Virus record (IMG/VR): IMGVR_UViG_3300006143_000348 | Direction: 5' to 3' (one strand) | Length of the DNA: 64,000 nt | Source of the DNA: a virus | Taxonomy: Duplodnaviria; Heunggongvirae; Uroviricota; Caudoviricetes | Shown here: one piece after another, positions 9,431 through 18,569 of the stretch | Position numbering within the stretch: the stretch's first letter is position 1 | Layout of the letters: each line of letters starts with the position of its first letter | Position numbers and translations under genes: made by a program | Notes under the pieces: model-generated | What the model was told of the DNA's origin: nothing | What the model saw: the letters and a program-made list of their open reading frames with translations, nothing else | The model's database searches: none

Positions 9431-9936
9431 GTGGAAGCCCTTAAACCGACTCGATAGCGGTTTTAAAAGATACTATCGCTCTGAGTAATCAGTGCACGAG
9501 CGGTTATCCGCCTGTGAGAGTACATCTGCTACCAGATGCGTCGCTGGGTGCGTAGGAAGTAAGCCTATGGTTCGGATAGTGAAAACCCCCAGAGTTACAC
9601 CCAATTAGATGTGAAAAGAGGTCGCATCTGCCTGAATGCGTCACCATGAGGGACTTCACCTTGAAAATCTTCGAGGGCGTCCAACGCAACGATATCAGTG
9701 CCCGAGGGCACATCGGCTATGTTCCGAGGAATTAAATGCCGGATTGTTTCTGGACGTCTGAAAAGACAGAGTAAAGGGAAGACAATAGAATATTGAGACA
9801 GCCGCCCTCCGGGGCGGTTGATGAGCATATATAGAGCATCCGAGACTTTAGTTATGAATCTGGCTACGCGGCATCGTTTCGGGTGTTCTGTTATGGGCTT
9901 ATCCATAAAAATAAATAGCCGAAAGGAGAAAACGAT

Positions 9937-10695
9937 ATGGCAAACACAACAGTAGAAAAGAAGGTATTAAGCAAGGCGGAACTAAGGGAAAGAGTGGAAG
10001 CGCAGGTAAAAGAGTTTAACGATTTTGTCCAGAATAGCGATTTCGAAGAAGCGGCAAAACTTAACGACGCTATCAGCGCTGACGTGAACGAGTATACATC
10101 TATCGCCCGCAAAGAGGTTTTCGACGCCCTTAAAGCGTCTGAAAATCCGATGCTAGAAGCGGTAAAGCAGTTGACATACCCGACTATCCGTGTGAGGGAC
10201 ACGAAAGAGGGCGAAGAGAAGATTCCTGTCCGCGTAGTTGAGGATATCGAACGCCCTATCGACTTACTGAAGCTTCATAAGCACGTAGGCGGCGACGGAA
10301 TCGGCGCTGACAAACAGTGGGTGTATATGGCGGAGAAGTTTAATATGCTTATGACCGCGCAGAAAGCGGTCGACCTCGGTATCGACCCGAAAGCGGTAAA
10401 CGACAGTTATGCTATGAGTGATATCAGCAAGGAAATTGACATGGGGAAAACGCCGACGAGCAAAACGAACATCCTGAAAACCTTAAATTCGGTAGTCCAG
10501 GCAATGGTAGGCGAGGAATATAAGGCGAAATCCCATGACGTGAACTTCCTGATATCCGTATACAGCCGGAAAGGGCGGAAAGCCTTAACCGTCACCTGCG
10601 CGAACCATAAGTTCATGCGGCAGTATCTCGCGGAAATCTGCCACCGTGTTGTGCTGAATAAGGCGTATGGGATTGAGTTCAAGGCGAGCAAATAA
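9937..10695 (+). CDS. Hypothetical protein (252 aa)
   Basis: An AAAGGAG RBS lies 7 nt upstream. Clean ORF with no recognisable motif. Confidence 0.8.
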   Translation: MANTTVEKKVLSKAELRERVEAQVKEFNDFVQNSDFEEAAKLNDAISADVNEYTSIARKEVFDALKASENPMLEAVKQLTYPTIRVRDTKEGEEKIPVRVVEDIERPIDLLKLHKHVGGDGIGADKQWVYMAEKFNMLMTAQKAVDLGIDPKAVNDSYAMSDISKEIDMGKTPTSKTNILKTLNSVVQAMVGEEYKAKSHDVNFLISVYSRKGRKALTVTCANHKFMRQYLAEICHRVVLNKAYGIEFKASK

Positions 10696-10735
10696 GCCCG
10701 CGATAAGGCTGGTTTTTCAGTTTTGTTTTGGATGA

Positions 10736-10813
10736 GGGGAAGAACGGCGGGCGGTAGCTGGTTTTCCTGGGGTTTTTGGGTTTTCCAGAATCCCAGGGAA
10801 TCCCGCCCGCCCT
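10736..10813 (+). terminator. Terminator-like structure: 9-bp GC stem GGCGGGCGG/CCGCCCGCC with a long structured loop, then T6
   Basis: Seen in the sequence after the stop of the 9937 gene. The loop contains a nested CCTGGG/CCCAGG stem. Confidence 0.5.
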
Positions 10814-10913
10814 GAGGTTTTTTAGATTTGGAGCAACGTAGGGTTTTTATCATTATCCCTGGAATGTCCAACGGGATTTCTTGGGTTAGCGAATTGTAAT
10901 TATTATATGGAAG

Positions 10914-11678
10914 GTGGTAAGTATGAGAGCGGAGGTAAAAGAGATTCCGTTTAGCGGAGGTACGATGTTGGGAGTTAGAACACCAGATGGGAAAGTTTGG
11001 CTGGCTGTTAAGAAAGTGTGCCTTGATATTGGACTGTCAGAAGGGCAGGCAAAAAAGGAAATAAGAAGGATTGAATCATCTATTCTCTTTAAGGGCAACT
11101 GGATCAAATTTGATCCAGTTCAAAAAGAGGGAAGTAGAGATGTAAGGCGTAATATTATTGTAATTGCTGAAAAGTTTGTACCTATGTGGCTTGCCCAAAT
11201 CAATATAACTCCAACCATGCAAAGGGAAAATCCAGAGGCAGCGCAGAAGCTCCTCTCGTATCAGCTAGAAGCCGCAGACGTGCTTCACAAGGCATTTTAC
11301 GAGACAGACGAACAGAAGTCTGCGTTTGATGCAAGAATGGGTTTGGAAGGCAAAATAGAAACTATGTGCGAGCAGATAAGTAATGTAGAATCCATGATGC
11401 AGGAACAGTCAGGGAAATTAAACCAGGTAGTAGACAACATGACCTTAACCACCAGACAGCAACAGAGAATTTACAAGGCTGCAAAAGATAGGATTAACCA
11501 CCTGCTAGGCGGCGCACATTCTGAGGAATATAAGAGCCGCTCCAAAAGCTACTTCATTAACTTATGGAATGGGTTAAAAGCGGAGTTTGAGTGCGGCGGT
11601 TCGTATAAGGACTTGAACCCTGTCTACTTTGATGCCGCGCTGGGATATATCGGGTCGTGGCGGTATGTAGAAACATAG
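10914..11678 (+). CDS. Phage antirepressor-like protein, Rha-like N-terminus + ORF6C C-terminal domain
   Basis: N-terminus 'GVRTPDGKVWLAVKKVCLDIGLSEG' is Rha-like. The C-terminus 'TTRQQQRIYKAAKDRINHLLGG...YKDLNPVYFDAALGYIGSWRY' is shared with five other paralogs in the window (ORF6C-type). The last roughly 300 nt are about 90% identical to 21470-21770. Confidence 0.8.
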   Translation: MVSMRAEVKEIPFSGGTMLGVRTPDGKVWLAVKKVCLDIGLSEGQAKKEIRRIESSILFKGNWIKFDPVQKEGSRDVRRNIIVIAEKFVPMWLAQINITPTMQRENPEAAQKLLSYQLEAADVLHKAFYETDEQKSAFDARMGLEGKIETMCEQISNVESMMQEQSGKLNQVVDNMTLTTRQQQRIYKAAKDRINHLLGGAHSEEYKSRSKSYFINLWNGLKAEFECGGSYKDLNPVYFDAALGYIGSWRYVET

Positions 11679-11713
11679 TCGGGAAATTGAGAACATTTGT
11701 ACGATGTTAGTAT

Positions 11714-11742
11714 TGACATTGCGTGAGGTTTGTGGTAGGATA
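11714..11742 (+). promoter_or_regulatory. Promoter TTGACA-N17-TAGGAT (duplicated at 21805-21833)
   Basis: Near-consensus -35 with 17-nt spacing. Conserved in both copies of the segmental duplication. Confidence 0.55.
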
Positions 11743-11744
11743 GT

Positions 11745-12018
11745 GCAAACAGATGTTTGAAATGGTTTTTGAGAAAAAAAGTACAGCCGAGTTGCAGCTC
11801 GACTGTACGGGTATTACTATTTAGTCGGAAACCATTCCGACTCACATCAAGAAATAGAGGCTGCATAAAACAACAACCACAATTTTTTTGGTGAACAAGC
11901 ACAATCAAACTTGTTCGTATCTAGTATGCCACGAAATGCACAGAAAGTCAACAGGGAAATTGTAATTTTTTGATTTGTGAATTTGAACGAAGAAAGTCCA
12001 CTGTAAGGTGGGCTTTTT
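11745..12018 (+). ncRNA. Candidate structured RNA / long leader (copy A) ending in a rho-independent terminator (GTCCAC-tgtaag-GTGGGC then T5 at 11996-12018)
   Basis: Promoter plus about 270 nt plus terminator. Hairpins: GTACAGCCGAG-ttgcag-CTCGACTGTAC, AGTCGGAA-acca-TTCCGACT, GAACAAG-N10-CTTGTTC. Contains only a 15-codon ORF (MPRNAQKVNREIVIF). The same architecture recurs at 21836-22102 and, in part, upstream of the 44455 gene. Confidence 0.35.
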
Positions 12019-12268
12019 AGTATATATGTATAAAAATGGAGGGAGGGACAGTAAGAAATACGGGGTTTGTCCGTTTTTCGGACGAACCCCAAATGGAGTC
12101 ACGAATCATGACGCCATATCAAGATAAAAAATCGAGATGTGAGAATTTTCACGAGTTAAACCAAGAGGGTGAAATCTGCCCGCTTGGTTTAGAAATGTCG
12201 TAGGGTAAAACGCGGAAAAGGGTATTTGACTGGGAACTAACGAAAATAATTTAGGAGGGAAAGCGGAT

Positions 12269-12721
12269 TTGGAAGGGATTGAGATTTTCAGCAACGAGGA
12301 ATTTGGTGAAATTAGGACGGTGGTTATTGATGGTGAGCCTTGGTTAGTTGGGAAAGACGTGGCGGTTGCGCTGGGGTATAAGGATACAGTAAATTCCTTG
12401 AAAGCCCATATTGACGAAGAAGATAAAAGGGGGTGGCGAATCACCACCCCTAGAGGAGAGCAGACAATGACGATAATTAACGAATCCGGCCTATACTCCC
12501 TCATCTTCGGCAGCAAGCTGGAATCCGCGAAGCGTTTCAAGCACTGGGTAACATCCGAGGTTCTTCCTGCAATTCGCAAAACAGGCAGGTATATTGCACC
12601 ATCTGAGGGCACGATGGAATCTATGTTTGAAGCTATGAGCTGCGATATGAAAATGGTTTATGAGCGGATGAGCAATATAGAATCTATGATGCAAGAACAA
12701 GCAAGGGGTAACGATTCGTGA
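12269..12721 (+). CDS. Bro-N domain antirepressor paralog, C-terminally truncated (lacks ORF6C domain)
   Basis: 'MEGIEIFSNEEFGEIRTVVIDGEPWLVGKDVAVALGY' is Bro-N. Compared with the copy-B paralog 22319..23023, the ORF stops right after the 'NIESMMQEQ' linker. An AGGAGGG RBS is present. Confidence 0.7.
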   Translation: MEGIEIFSNEEFGEIRTVVIDGEPWLVGKDVAVALGYKDTVNSLKAHIDEEDKRGWRITTPRGEQTMTIINESGLYSLIFGSKLESAKRFKHWVTSEVLPAIRKTGRYIAPSEGTMESMFEAMSCDMKMVYERMSNIESMMQEQARGNDS

Positions 12722-12911
12722 CCCCTTATCAAGATAAAAAGGAATATGGGGGGGGGCAAAACGCCCCCTCATCTTGGAACATTAAAATGATAAGCAGGGA
12801 TTTTGCATTATAGAAGCGATAGGGGAATTGCTTCTCAGGTGTTGCTAATCTGGCAACACCTCAAATGGCAAATGGGGTCGCGATTTGCGCTCCTATCAAG
12901 ATAAAAATAAA

Positions 12912-13628
12912 ATGAAAGAGGTATTCACAGTGGAAAATGTAGCATTAATTCAGGGGACGGAATTACAGGTCAAAGAGTATCAGGGGAACAGGGTTGTGAC
13001 GTTCAAGGATGTTGACAGGGTACATCAGAGGCCGGACGGGACAGCAAGAAGGCGGTTCAACGATAATAGGAGGCGATTTCTTGAGGGGACGGATTTCTTT
13101 AAAATAACGCCGTCCGAATTTCGGACAGCGATTGGGGATATGGACTTGCGGCAGCAGAATAACGTAACCCTTCTTACCGAAAGCGGCTATCTCATGTTAG
13201 TAAAGTCTTTTACTGACGACTTAGCCTGGAAAGTCCAGAGGGATTTGGTGAACACATACTTCAAGATGAAAGAAGTAGTGGAATCCGCTACCCCGGAAGA
13301 AACAGGGATGGTTCTTACGCAAGAGGGTTTTGCAGATGCAGTCCATGCACTGACCGGGTGTGCAAGCATATTCCAGTCGATGCTCGACTACTCCACAATC
13401 AACTATAAGCAACAGCAGGAACTTTTGCAGGCGGCAAGGCGGCGGGTCAGCCAGCTTCTTGGCGGGGCGCATTCAGACAGGTACAAACAGTCGTCCAGAA
13501 CATACTTCAGGAATCTCTGGCAGGATTTCTGCGAGTACTTCTCTTGCGGCTCGTACCGGGATTTAAACCCGCAGTACATGGTAGATGACGCTGCGGCAAG
13601 GTGGATTTCAGAGTGGTCATATGGCTGA
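12912..13628 (+). CDS. ORF6N(KilA-N-like)-ORF6C antirepressor-like protein
   Basis: 'VTFKDVDRVHQRPDGTARRRFNDNRRRFLEGTDFF' is an ORF6N-type N-terminus. C-terminus 'NYKQQQELLQAARRRVSQLLGGAHSDRY...YRDLNPQYMVDDAAARWISEW'. The track ORF starts at 12885. ATG 12912 matches the start of the near-identical copy-B gene at 23100. GTG 12930 is an alternative start. Confidence 0.8.
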   Translation: MKEVFTVENVALIQGTELQVKEYQGNRVVTFKDVDRVHQRPDGTARRRFNDNRRRFLEGTDFFKITPSEFRTAIGDMDLRQQNNVTLLTESGYLMLVKSFTDDLAWKVQRDLVNTYFKMKEVVESATPEETGMVLTQEGFADAVHALTGCASIFQSMLDYSTINYKQQQELLQAARRRVSQLLGGAHSDRYKQSSRTYFRNLWQDFCEYFSCGSYRDLNPQYMVDDAAARWISEWSYG

Positions 13629-13902
13629 TAATGCAAGGGCTGGGCGCTTAGATATCCAGGGAGATAACAGGAGGGTTTTTGTGGGCAGAAGAGAATATGC
13701 AAAACGCAGCAAGCGGGGTAAACGCCTCAGGATGTTAAAGCAGCGGCTTGTGGCGATAGAAATATTGCTTATATGCGTGCTTATCACTGTGTGGGAGTTC
13801 GAGGGCAACAACGGAATCCCCTGCGACATGTGCGGGATTATCTTCATCGCGGTGCTTGCTTTGTACTTGCTTTTTACGAAGGAGTGCTGGGTTTACGACT
13901 GA
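13621..13902 (+). CDS. Small membrane protein (two predicted TM helices), basic N-terminus
   Basis: Two hydrophobic stretches are evident by eye: 'LVAIEILLICVLITVW' and 'IIFIAVLALYLLF'. The start is uncertain. ATG 13621 overlaps the upstream stop (ATGGCTGA). GTG 13681 has an AGGAGGG RBS. The protein is about 98% identical to 23812..24093. Confidence 0.5.
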   Translation: MADNARAGRLDIQGDNRRVFVGRREYAKRSKRGKRLRMLKQRLVAIEILLICVLITVWEFEGNNGIPCDMCGIIFIAVLALYLLFTKECWVYD

Positions 13903-14065
13903 TGGGAAAGATACCGTCGTGAATCGCGGCGGTAATCACACATAGTTGATGTCGAAGATAGGATTAATTCTAAAGCTCAAGGTCAAAATGCCCCTGAGTT
14001 TTGGCAACGCGGCAGCATTATCTGAAGTGGAAGCATAAAATTAGGGAATCCAGGAGGGTAAAAGG

Positions 14066-14503
14066 ATGGGAAAAGGTATAAAAAGGCTGATATTGATGGT
14101 AATAGCGGTTCTTGCAATGCTGCTGCTGGTTTCGCAGACAGCACATGCGTCATCGGACAGGCAGTATAAAACCTGCAGGCAGGCAAGGCGGGCGATTAGT
14201 AAAAAGTTTAGTAAGTATGGAAAAGTGAAGTTCATCCAGACGAAGAACCTGACGAACCGGATGCTCCTACGCAGAAAAGGCTCCGGGGAAATCATCGTCG
14301 AGGTTTGCAAAGGCAAGGTCATGAACCGGAATGGAGACGGCAAGGTTTTCAATACCGGGAAAGAACATGGCTACTACATGAACTACAGCGGGCTGAAGGG
14401 AATCCGCAAGGGTTCCAGGGTGACAACGTACTGTGTCTACGAATGGGGCAACAACTACACGGATGCAGTCGGCTGGCGGTACGATGTAGTTACGAAATAC
14501 TGA
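14066..14503 (+). CDS. Secreted hypothetical protein with N-terminal signal peptide
   Basis: 'MGKGIKRLILMVIAVLAMLLLVSQTAHASS' is typical n-h-c signal peptide architecture. An AGGAGGG RBS is present. Confidence 0.8.
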   Translation: MGKGIKRLILMVIAVLAMLLLVSQTAHASSDRQYKTCRQARRAISKKFSKYGKVKFIQTKNLTNRMLLRRKGSGEIIVEVCKGKVMNRNGDGKVFNTGKEHGYYMNYSGLKGIRKGSRVTTYCVYEWGNNYTDAVGWRYDVVTKY

Positions 14504-14552
14504 AAACATAAAAAAGGTTACTGACTATTTTTGGAACCTCCTTTCTTAATGG

Positions 14553-14590
14553 CTCTGACACTGATTGTTTGCCCAGTGTCAGAGCCGGTT
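14553..14590. promoter_or_regulatory. Perfect 13-bp inverted repeat GGCTCTGACACTG-N12-CAGTGTCAGAGCC (terminator-like, no T-tract)
   Basis: Seen in the sequence after the secreted-protein gene. Confidence 0.35.
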
Positions 14591-14712
14591 GTGTAAATAG
14601 GGGAAATCCAGAAGGTTTTAGATAAATAAAAGCGAGCAACAAGTACACGGACGGGCTGCGGGGCGCTGAGCCTCCGCAGCAGTTCAAGAATATAAAACGA
14701 GGAGGGATGAGA

Positions 14713-15009
14713 TTGAATAAGGAAGATATGGTTCGTAAGGTTTCTAAGGACACCAAGTACAGCCCTGATGTAGTGAGGGAAATCACGGAGTCGCTGCTGG
14801 GAAACGTCGTGTCGGCCACGGCGGGTGGTGAAAAGGTATCCATTTCCGGGTTCGGGACATTTGAGCCAGTGGAAAAGAAAGCGAGAACAGGAAGGAACAT
14901 ATGTGCAGGAAGGCCGGTGCATATCCCGGCACATGTTGCCCCGGTTTTCAGGCCGGCAAAAGCATTTAAAGAAGCTGTATACAGAGAGGTGAAGCCATGC
15001 AGAACATAG
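14713..15009 (+). CDS. hup: HU/IHF-family DNA-binding protein
   Basis: 'VSISGFGTFEPVEKKARTGRNICAGRPVHIPAHVAPVFRPAKAFKEAV' matches the HU beta-arm region (GFGxFE...ARxGRNP...IP...P.FKPGKALK). A TTG start at 14713 is proposed, because GGAGGG at 14699-14704 lies 8 nt upstream. The track start ATG 14707 abuts the SD sequence. Confidence 0.8.
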   Translation: MNKEDMVRKVSKDTKYSPDVVREITESLLGNVVSATAGGEKVSISGFGTFEPVEKKARTGRNICAGRPVHIPAHVAPVFRPAKAFKEAVYREVKPCRT

Positions 15010-15569
15010 CAATACAGCCACATGAATTATGGGATTATTACAAAGAGAAAAAAGACGACCTTAGAACGTCGATGCACAGGGTCGCGAGCAATTCTGACTA
15101 CGGTGTGGAAATCTATATAACGGTAGGGGACGAGTGGCCGGAGATAGTGGTGTATGTCGACGGCGAAGAGGAATTCAGTGAAATCCTCGTGGGAAGTTCC
15201 TATTGTTGGAAAACAGCAGAGGAGATTTACGAAAAGTTCCTGACATCCAAAGCAATGGACATCTTTGGTGATGATGAGTCCCAGGAAGAGGATGAACTCA
15301 TCGCAATCGAGGAGAGGGAGCAGGAACTGGATGATGCGGTTCGCCAGTTTTACCTGGCGGTCATTGGGGGCGAGCCGTATTACGATGGCGATGACATGGA
15401 GGAGATGCTTGAGGACTTGAAAGAGCGTTTCCTGGAATATATGGCACGGGAATGGGAAGTTCCGATATTCCGTCCAATGAGGATGGAAGATGTAGAAACC
15501 GGTGAGGAATTCTACGAAGAATACCCATACGAGTGCATGGAATTCGAGGATGGAAAAGCCCATGTATAA
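14997..15569 (+). CDS. Acidic hypothetical protein (190 aa)
   Basis: Clean ORF, D/E-rich. Its last roughly 55 nt are duplicated at 16914-16966. Confidence 0.7.
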   Translation: MQNIAIQPHELWDYYKEKKDDLRTSMHRVASNSDYGVEIYITVGDEWPEIVVYVDGEEEFSEILVGSSYCWKTAEEIYEKFLTSKAMDIFGDDESQEEDELIAIEEREQELDDAVRQFYLAVIGGEPYYDGDDMEEMLEDLKERFLEYMAREWEVPIFRPMRMEDVETGEEFYEEYPYECMEFEDGKAHV

Positions 15570-15709
15570 CCTTTCTTTCTATAAGCCGGCGGGTTTTAGG
15601 TTTAGCCTGCCGGTATGTTCACTGATGCTCGGCTTCCGGGAATGCCATCCCAAGCGTGAACGGGTAACGCAAACGGAGTAAATATAAAATAAAAAAGGAG
15701 AACAAAATT

Positions 15710-16102
15710 ATGGCAAAAATCACAATCGCAGGACAGGCAGTAGTAGTAACCAGCACACTGAAACTGGAGGATATCAAGATGGTTAAGAAGTACCGTCCGG
15801 ATGCACTCACCCTGAGAGGCGGGGAAGATGGGAAGGAGCCTATCTTTGCCCTGGGAGTAGGGGAAGGCGGAATCAATAAGTTCGGTGCTTCCTTCCAGAT
15901 GGAAACACGGGATGAGGAGAAGCTGGCGGTTCTGACGATGACTACAGGGTATGACGGCGACGATATCGAGGAGTTCGTAGCAGACGAGCTTGGTGCGGCA
16001 ATCGTCAACTTAGGCAAGCTGGAAGAGAAACTTCCGGGGGTTATTGATGAGATTAAGGCTGAGAGACAGGCAATCATGTCCAACATCACTGTTGCGCAGT
16101 AG
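15710..16102 (+). CDS. Hypothetical protein (130 aa)
   Basis: AAAAGGAGAA RBS. A hairpin terminator GGCTGCCG-tgaaaatg-CGGCAGCC follows at 16112-16137. Confidence 0.75.
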   Translation: MAKITIAGQAVVVTSTLKLEDIKMVKKYRPDALTLRGGEDGKEPIFALGVGEGGINKFGASFQMETRDEEKLAVLTMTTGYDGDDIEEFVADELGAAIVNLGKLEEKLPGVIDEIKAERQAIMSNITVAQ

Positions 16103-16202
16103 GATGTACATCGGCTGCCGTGAAAATGCGGCAGCCCAAATTGACAACTGAATATAGGATTCCATAAACCAAAATAAAACGTAGAAGAAAAGGAGATAGA
16201 GT

Positions 16203-16424
16203 ATGATTCAGGTTACAGTAGGAAATAACGTAAAGAGAGAAAAAATGATTGTGGATGCTAACAGGACTCTGCGCAGCGTGCTGGAAGAGGCAGGGATTGA
16301 CTATACAAGGGGTGTGATGCACCTGGATGGCGCTTCGGTGAATCCGGGTGACCTCGATAAGACCTTTGCAAGCTTCGGGATTGCTGAAAAATGTTTCCTG
16401 TTAAGCGTAGTTAAAGCGGATTGA
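16203..16424 (+). CDS. Small beta-grasp (ThiS/MoaD/ubiquitin-like) protein, 73 aa, no terminal GG
   Basis: The pattern 'MIQVTV...VDANRTLRSVLEEAGID...VMHLDGASVNPGDLDKT...FLLSVVK' parallels ThiS 'V.LNG..V......L.DGD.I.I...V.GG'. It ends ...VVKAD rather than GG. AAAAGGAGA RBS. Confidence 0.55.
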   Translation: MIQVTVGNNVKREKMIVDANRTLRSVLEEAGIDYTRGVMHLDGASVNPGDLDKTFASFGIAEKCFLLSVVKAD

Positions 16425-16861
16425 CTAGCAGGCAATGCTAAATAGTCCCATGTGAGAGTAATTTCACATGCAAATCTATCGAATTGCTGGGAACCCCTAA
16501 AGCTCGCAATACCACAACGTAAGAATGAAAGAAATCTAAGCGTGACGGTAACGAAAGTAGAAAGAAATTGCGAGATGGCGCAAGGTTAAATCCTAAACGC
16601 TTTTGCAATGGGCAATCAGCAGCGAAGCTCCGAACAGGAGAACGTTCAACGACTATCCCGTAAGGGAGTAGGGCGCAAGCGGTCGGTGTCCGAAGTGGTA
16701 GACACCCTGAGAAAAAGGGCGATGATATAGTCTGTACTGTAGGGAAACTTACAGAAATCTCTTTGGAGGCAGCATGGAACAGCGAGCCATGCTGAACATA
16801 ATAGAATGCATAGGAGCTTGTAGCACAGTGGCAAGCGGGTTAGGCAACTAGCCCGCTTGTT

Positions 16862-16900
16862 CTTTTAGGTGGGTGAAACTTGGCAGCACCCCGTTTTTTT
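16862..16900 (+). terminator. Rho-independent terminator (GGGTG...CACCC + T10) closing a roughly 430-nt ORF-free structured region (16430-16900)
   Basis: Stem GGTGGGTG/CACCCC followed by TTTTTTTTTT. Upstream is an 8-bp hairpin CAAGCGGG/CCCGCTTG. The region has no ORF longer than 62 aa and is GC-balanced with many hairpins. Confidence 0.6.
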
Positions 16901-17001
16901 TTTCATCCAGTACGGTGAGGAATTCTACAAAGAATACCCATACGAGTGCATGGAATTTGGAGATGGCTGGGATAGGAGCCGGAGGAAAGTGAACAGGGTG
17001 C

Positions 17002-17026
17002 ATGGGTTCAATTCCCATATTCACCA
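17002..17026 (+). other. tRNA 3'-end-like fragment (T-arm ATGGG-TTCAATT-CCCAT + 7-nt acceptor-like strand); candidate att-core remnant
   Basis: GGGTTCAATTCCC is a canonical T-loop. No matching 5' half could be found, so this is not a tRNA gene. Confidence 0.35.
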
Positions 17027-17054
17027 TTAAATAATTTTAGAAGGAGGAATTCAA

Positions 17055-18569
17055 ATGTTTAGACAGGTTGTAAGAGGAACAGCATTAACGACAGCAGAGG
17101 CGGACGCATATTTCGGGCGTATTCACGGAGAGTCTTTTTCAGATGACGTCACATTTCTGTCCACATTAAGGGCGTTGGTTGCACCAAGGATGCAGGAGGG
17201 AGAAAAAGTTTGTGTGAGGTTTATAAATTCGAGCTATGAGGAACGCTCCGTCCAGGGTGCAGGTTCTGATGCAGTGGTCAGGGCTGTTTATAATGCGCAG
17301 TATTTTAATGACGGCTCTGTTACAATCCATGATTTCCGAGGGAGAAAAGAAGATGTCCGTGCGAATTTCGAGGTAATTGAGTCATCTTTTTGCGACGTAT
17401 ACCAGGGATGGCAACGTCTTGAAAAAGTAACGGATTTTTTCCGAAGGACATTTTACTGTGTGTGTTTTGTGAACCCGGAGAGAAGGAGGGTTGTGATTTT
17501 CACAGACCCTCTGAACATGCAGAAAATGCACTACCTGCAGTGTGCAATCTTTGCTTTCATGCCGTGGTATTTCAACCCGGAAGATGGCGTGAAAACGGAG
17601 GAAATGGAACTCATCCAGTCGCTTAGGGGAAAAGACGTTGATGAATATCTGAAATGCATAGCAAAAATTGCATCACAGTATGATTTCAGGAGCGATTACA
17701 TCCGTAAAGCATTGGCAGGTTTTGAAGCCAACTTTGAGAAAAGAGAGCGAGAAGAAGAGAAAGATAAGATTAGAGATTTAATGCTTGACATTGAGCGTTT
17801 CCAGAATAAGTTGGCAGATACTTTGCGAATTAAGCGCAACCATGAAATTAAATTGCTTGGATTGGAAACGAAAATCGCACAGAGCACAGAGGGCGATTCT
17901 GAAATTATGGAATATTTCTTGTGCAACCGGAACCTTTCTTTAAGGGATGTAACGGAGAATATATTGTGCTTTGTTGCGAAAGGGTATGTAACTTACTATG
18001 ACGAGGACATGGCGAAGGCGATGGTTGATAATGAGAACAGCTACGTATATCGGCTTCGTGGATACGATTGCAACAGCCGCATTGAGAAACAGGATATGAA
18101 ACGGCTGATGTATGCGATTTTTATCGACCAGACTCTGAAGCTCAAGTTTTGCGCTGCGTATAAATTTGAGTTCGGGGTGAGGGTGTATGCAATTAGCGGA
18201 TATGAATATAACGAAGAATTTTCTGACTGTATGCCAAACCCCCACATTGACGAGTATAGCTGTATGGGAGATTACGAACGGACAATGAACGAATGCATCG
18301 GGAGTAGTGATTACATTGGCGCTTTAGAGCAGGGCGTTGCTTCCTGCAAGAGCCTGAACTTTGGCGACAGCACAGTTATGCAGGAATTCATGAAACGCAT
18401 GTACGGGTTCGGAGACCGCCCATATCATTGTATTGAACTTCCGGACGGACAGATTGTAACACCTGAAGAGGCCATTCGGTGGATGAAAAAGGAAGATAGA
18501 ATCCAGGAAGAGGATGCAAAAGCAGGGGTAGATGAAACGCAGAAAAGAGGAGGTAGCGGCGATGAGTAA
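17055..18569 (+). CDS. Hypothetical protein (504 aa), translationally coupled to the downstream JAB protease
   Basis: AGGAGGAAT RBS. Its 3' end overlaps the JAB gene start by 8 nt. It contains a 'MPNPHIDEYSC' segment faintly reminiscent of the E2 HPN-Cys region, which is weak evidence. Confidence 0.8.
   Translation: MFRQVVRGTALTTAEADAYFGRIHGESFSDDVTFLSTLRALVAPRMQEGEKVCVRFINSSYEERSVQGAGSDAVVRAVYNAQYFNDGSVTIHDFRGRKEDVRANFEVIESSFCDVYQGWQRLEKVTDFFRRTFYCVCFVNPERRRVVIFTDPLNMQKMHYLQCAIFAFMPWYFNPEDGVKTEEMELIQSLRGKDVDEYLKCIAKIASQYDFRSDYIRKALAGFEANFEKREREEEKDKIRDLMLDIERFQNKLADTLRIKRNHEIKLLGLETKIAQSTEGDSEIMEYFLCNRNLSLRDVTENILCFVAKGYVTYYDEDMAKAMVDNENSYVYRLRGYDCNSRIEKQDMKRLMYAIFIDQTLKLKFCAAYKFEFGVRVYAISGYEYNEEFSDCMPNPHIDEYSCMGDYERTMNECIGSSDYIGALEQGVASCKSLNFGDSTVMQEFMKRMYGFGDRPYHCIELPDGQIVTPEEAIRWMKKEDRIQEEDAKAGVDETQKRGGSGDE

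Noticed and set aside
12106-12612. Minus-strand ORFs antisense to the antirepressor genes (12106..12612, 20846..21415, 22301..22747, 24350..24535 and similar)
   Set aside because: They overlap well-supported plus-strand genes end to end, lack an RBS, and their conservation between copies is explained by the sense-strand genes.
16430-17026. tmRNA or RNase P RNA in the structured non-coding region ending with a tRNA-like T-arm
   Set aside because: No tag-peptide reading frame of the ..ALAA type was found, and no RNase P GGAAAGUCCGGGCUC core. A T10 terminator interrupts the region before the tRNA-like fragment. No 5' acceptor partner was found.
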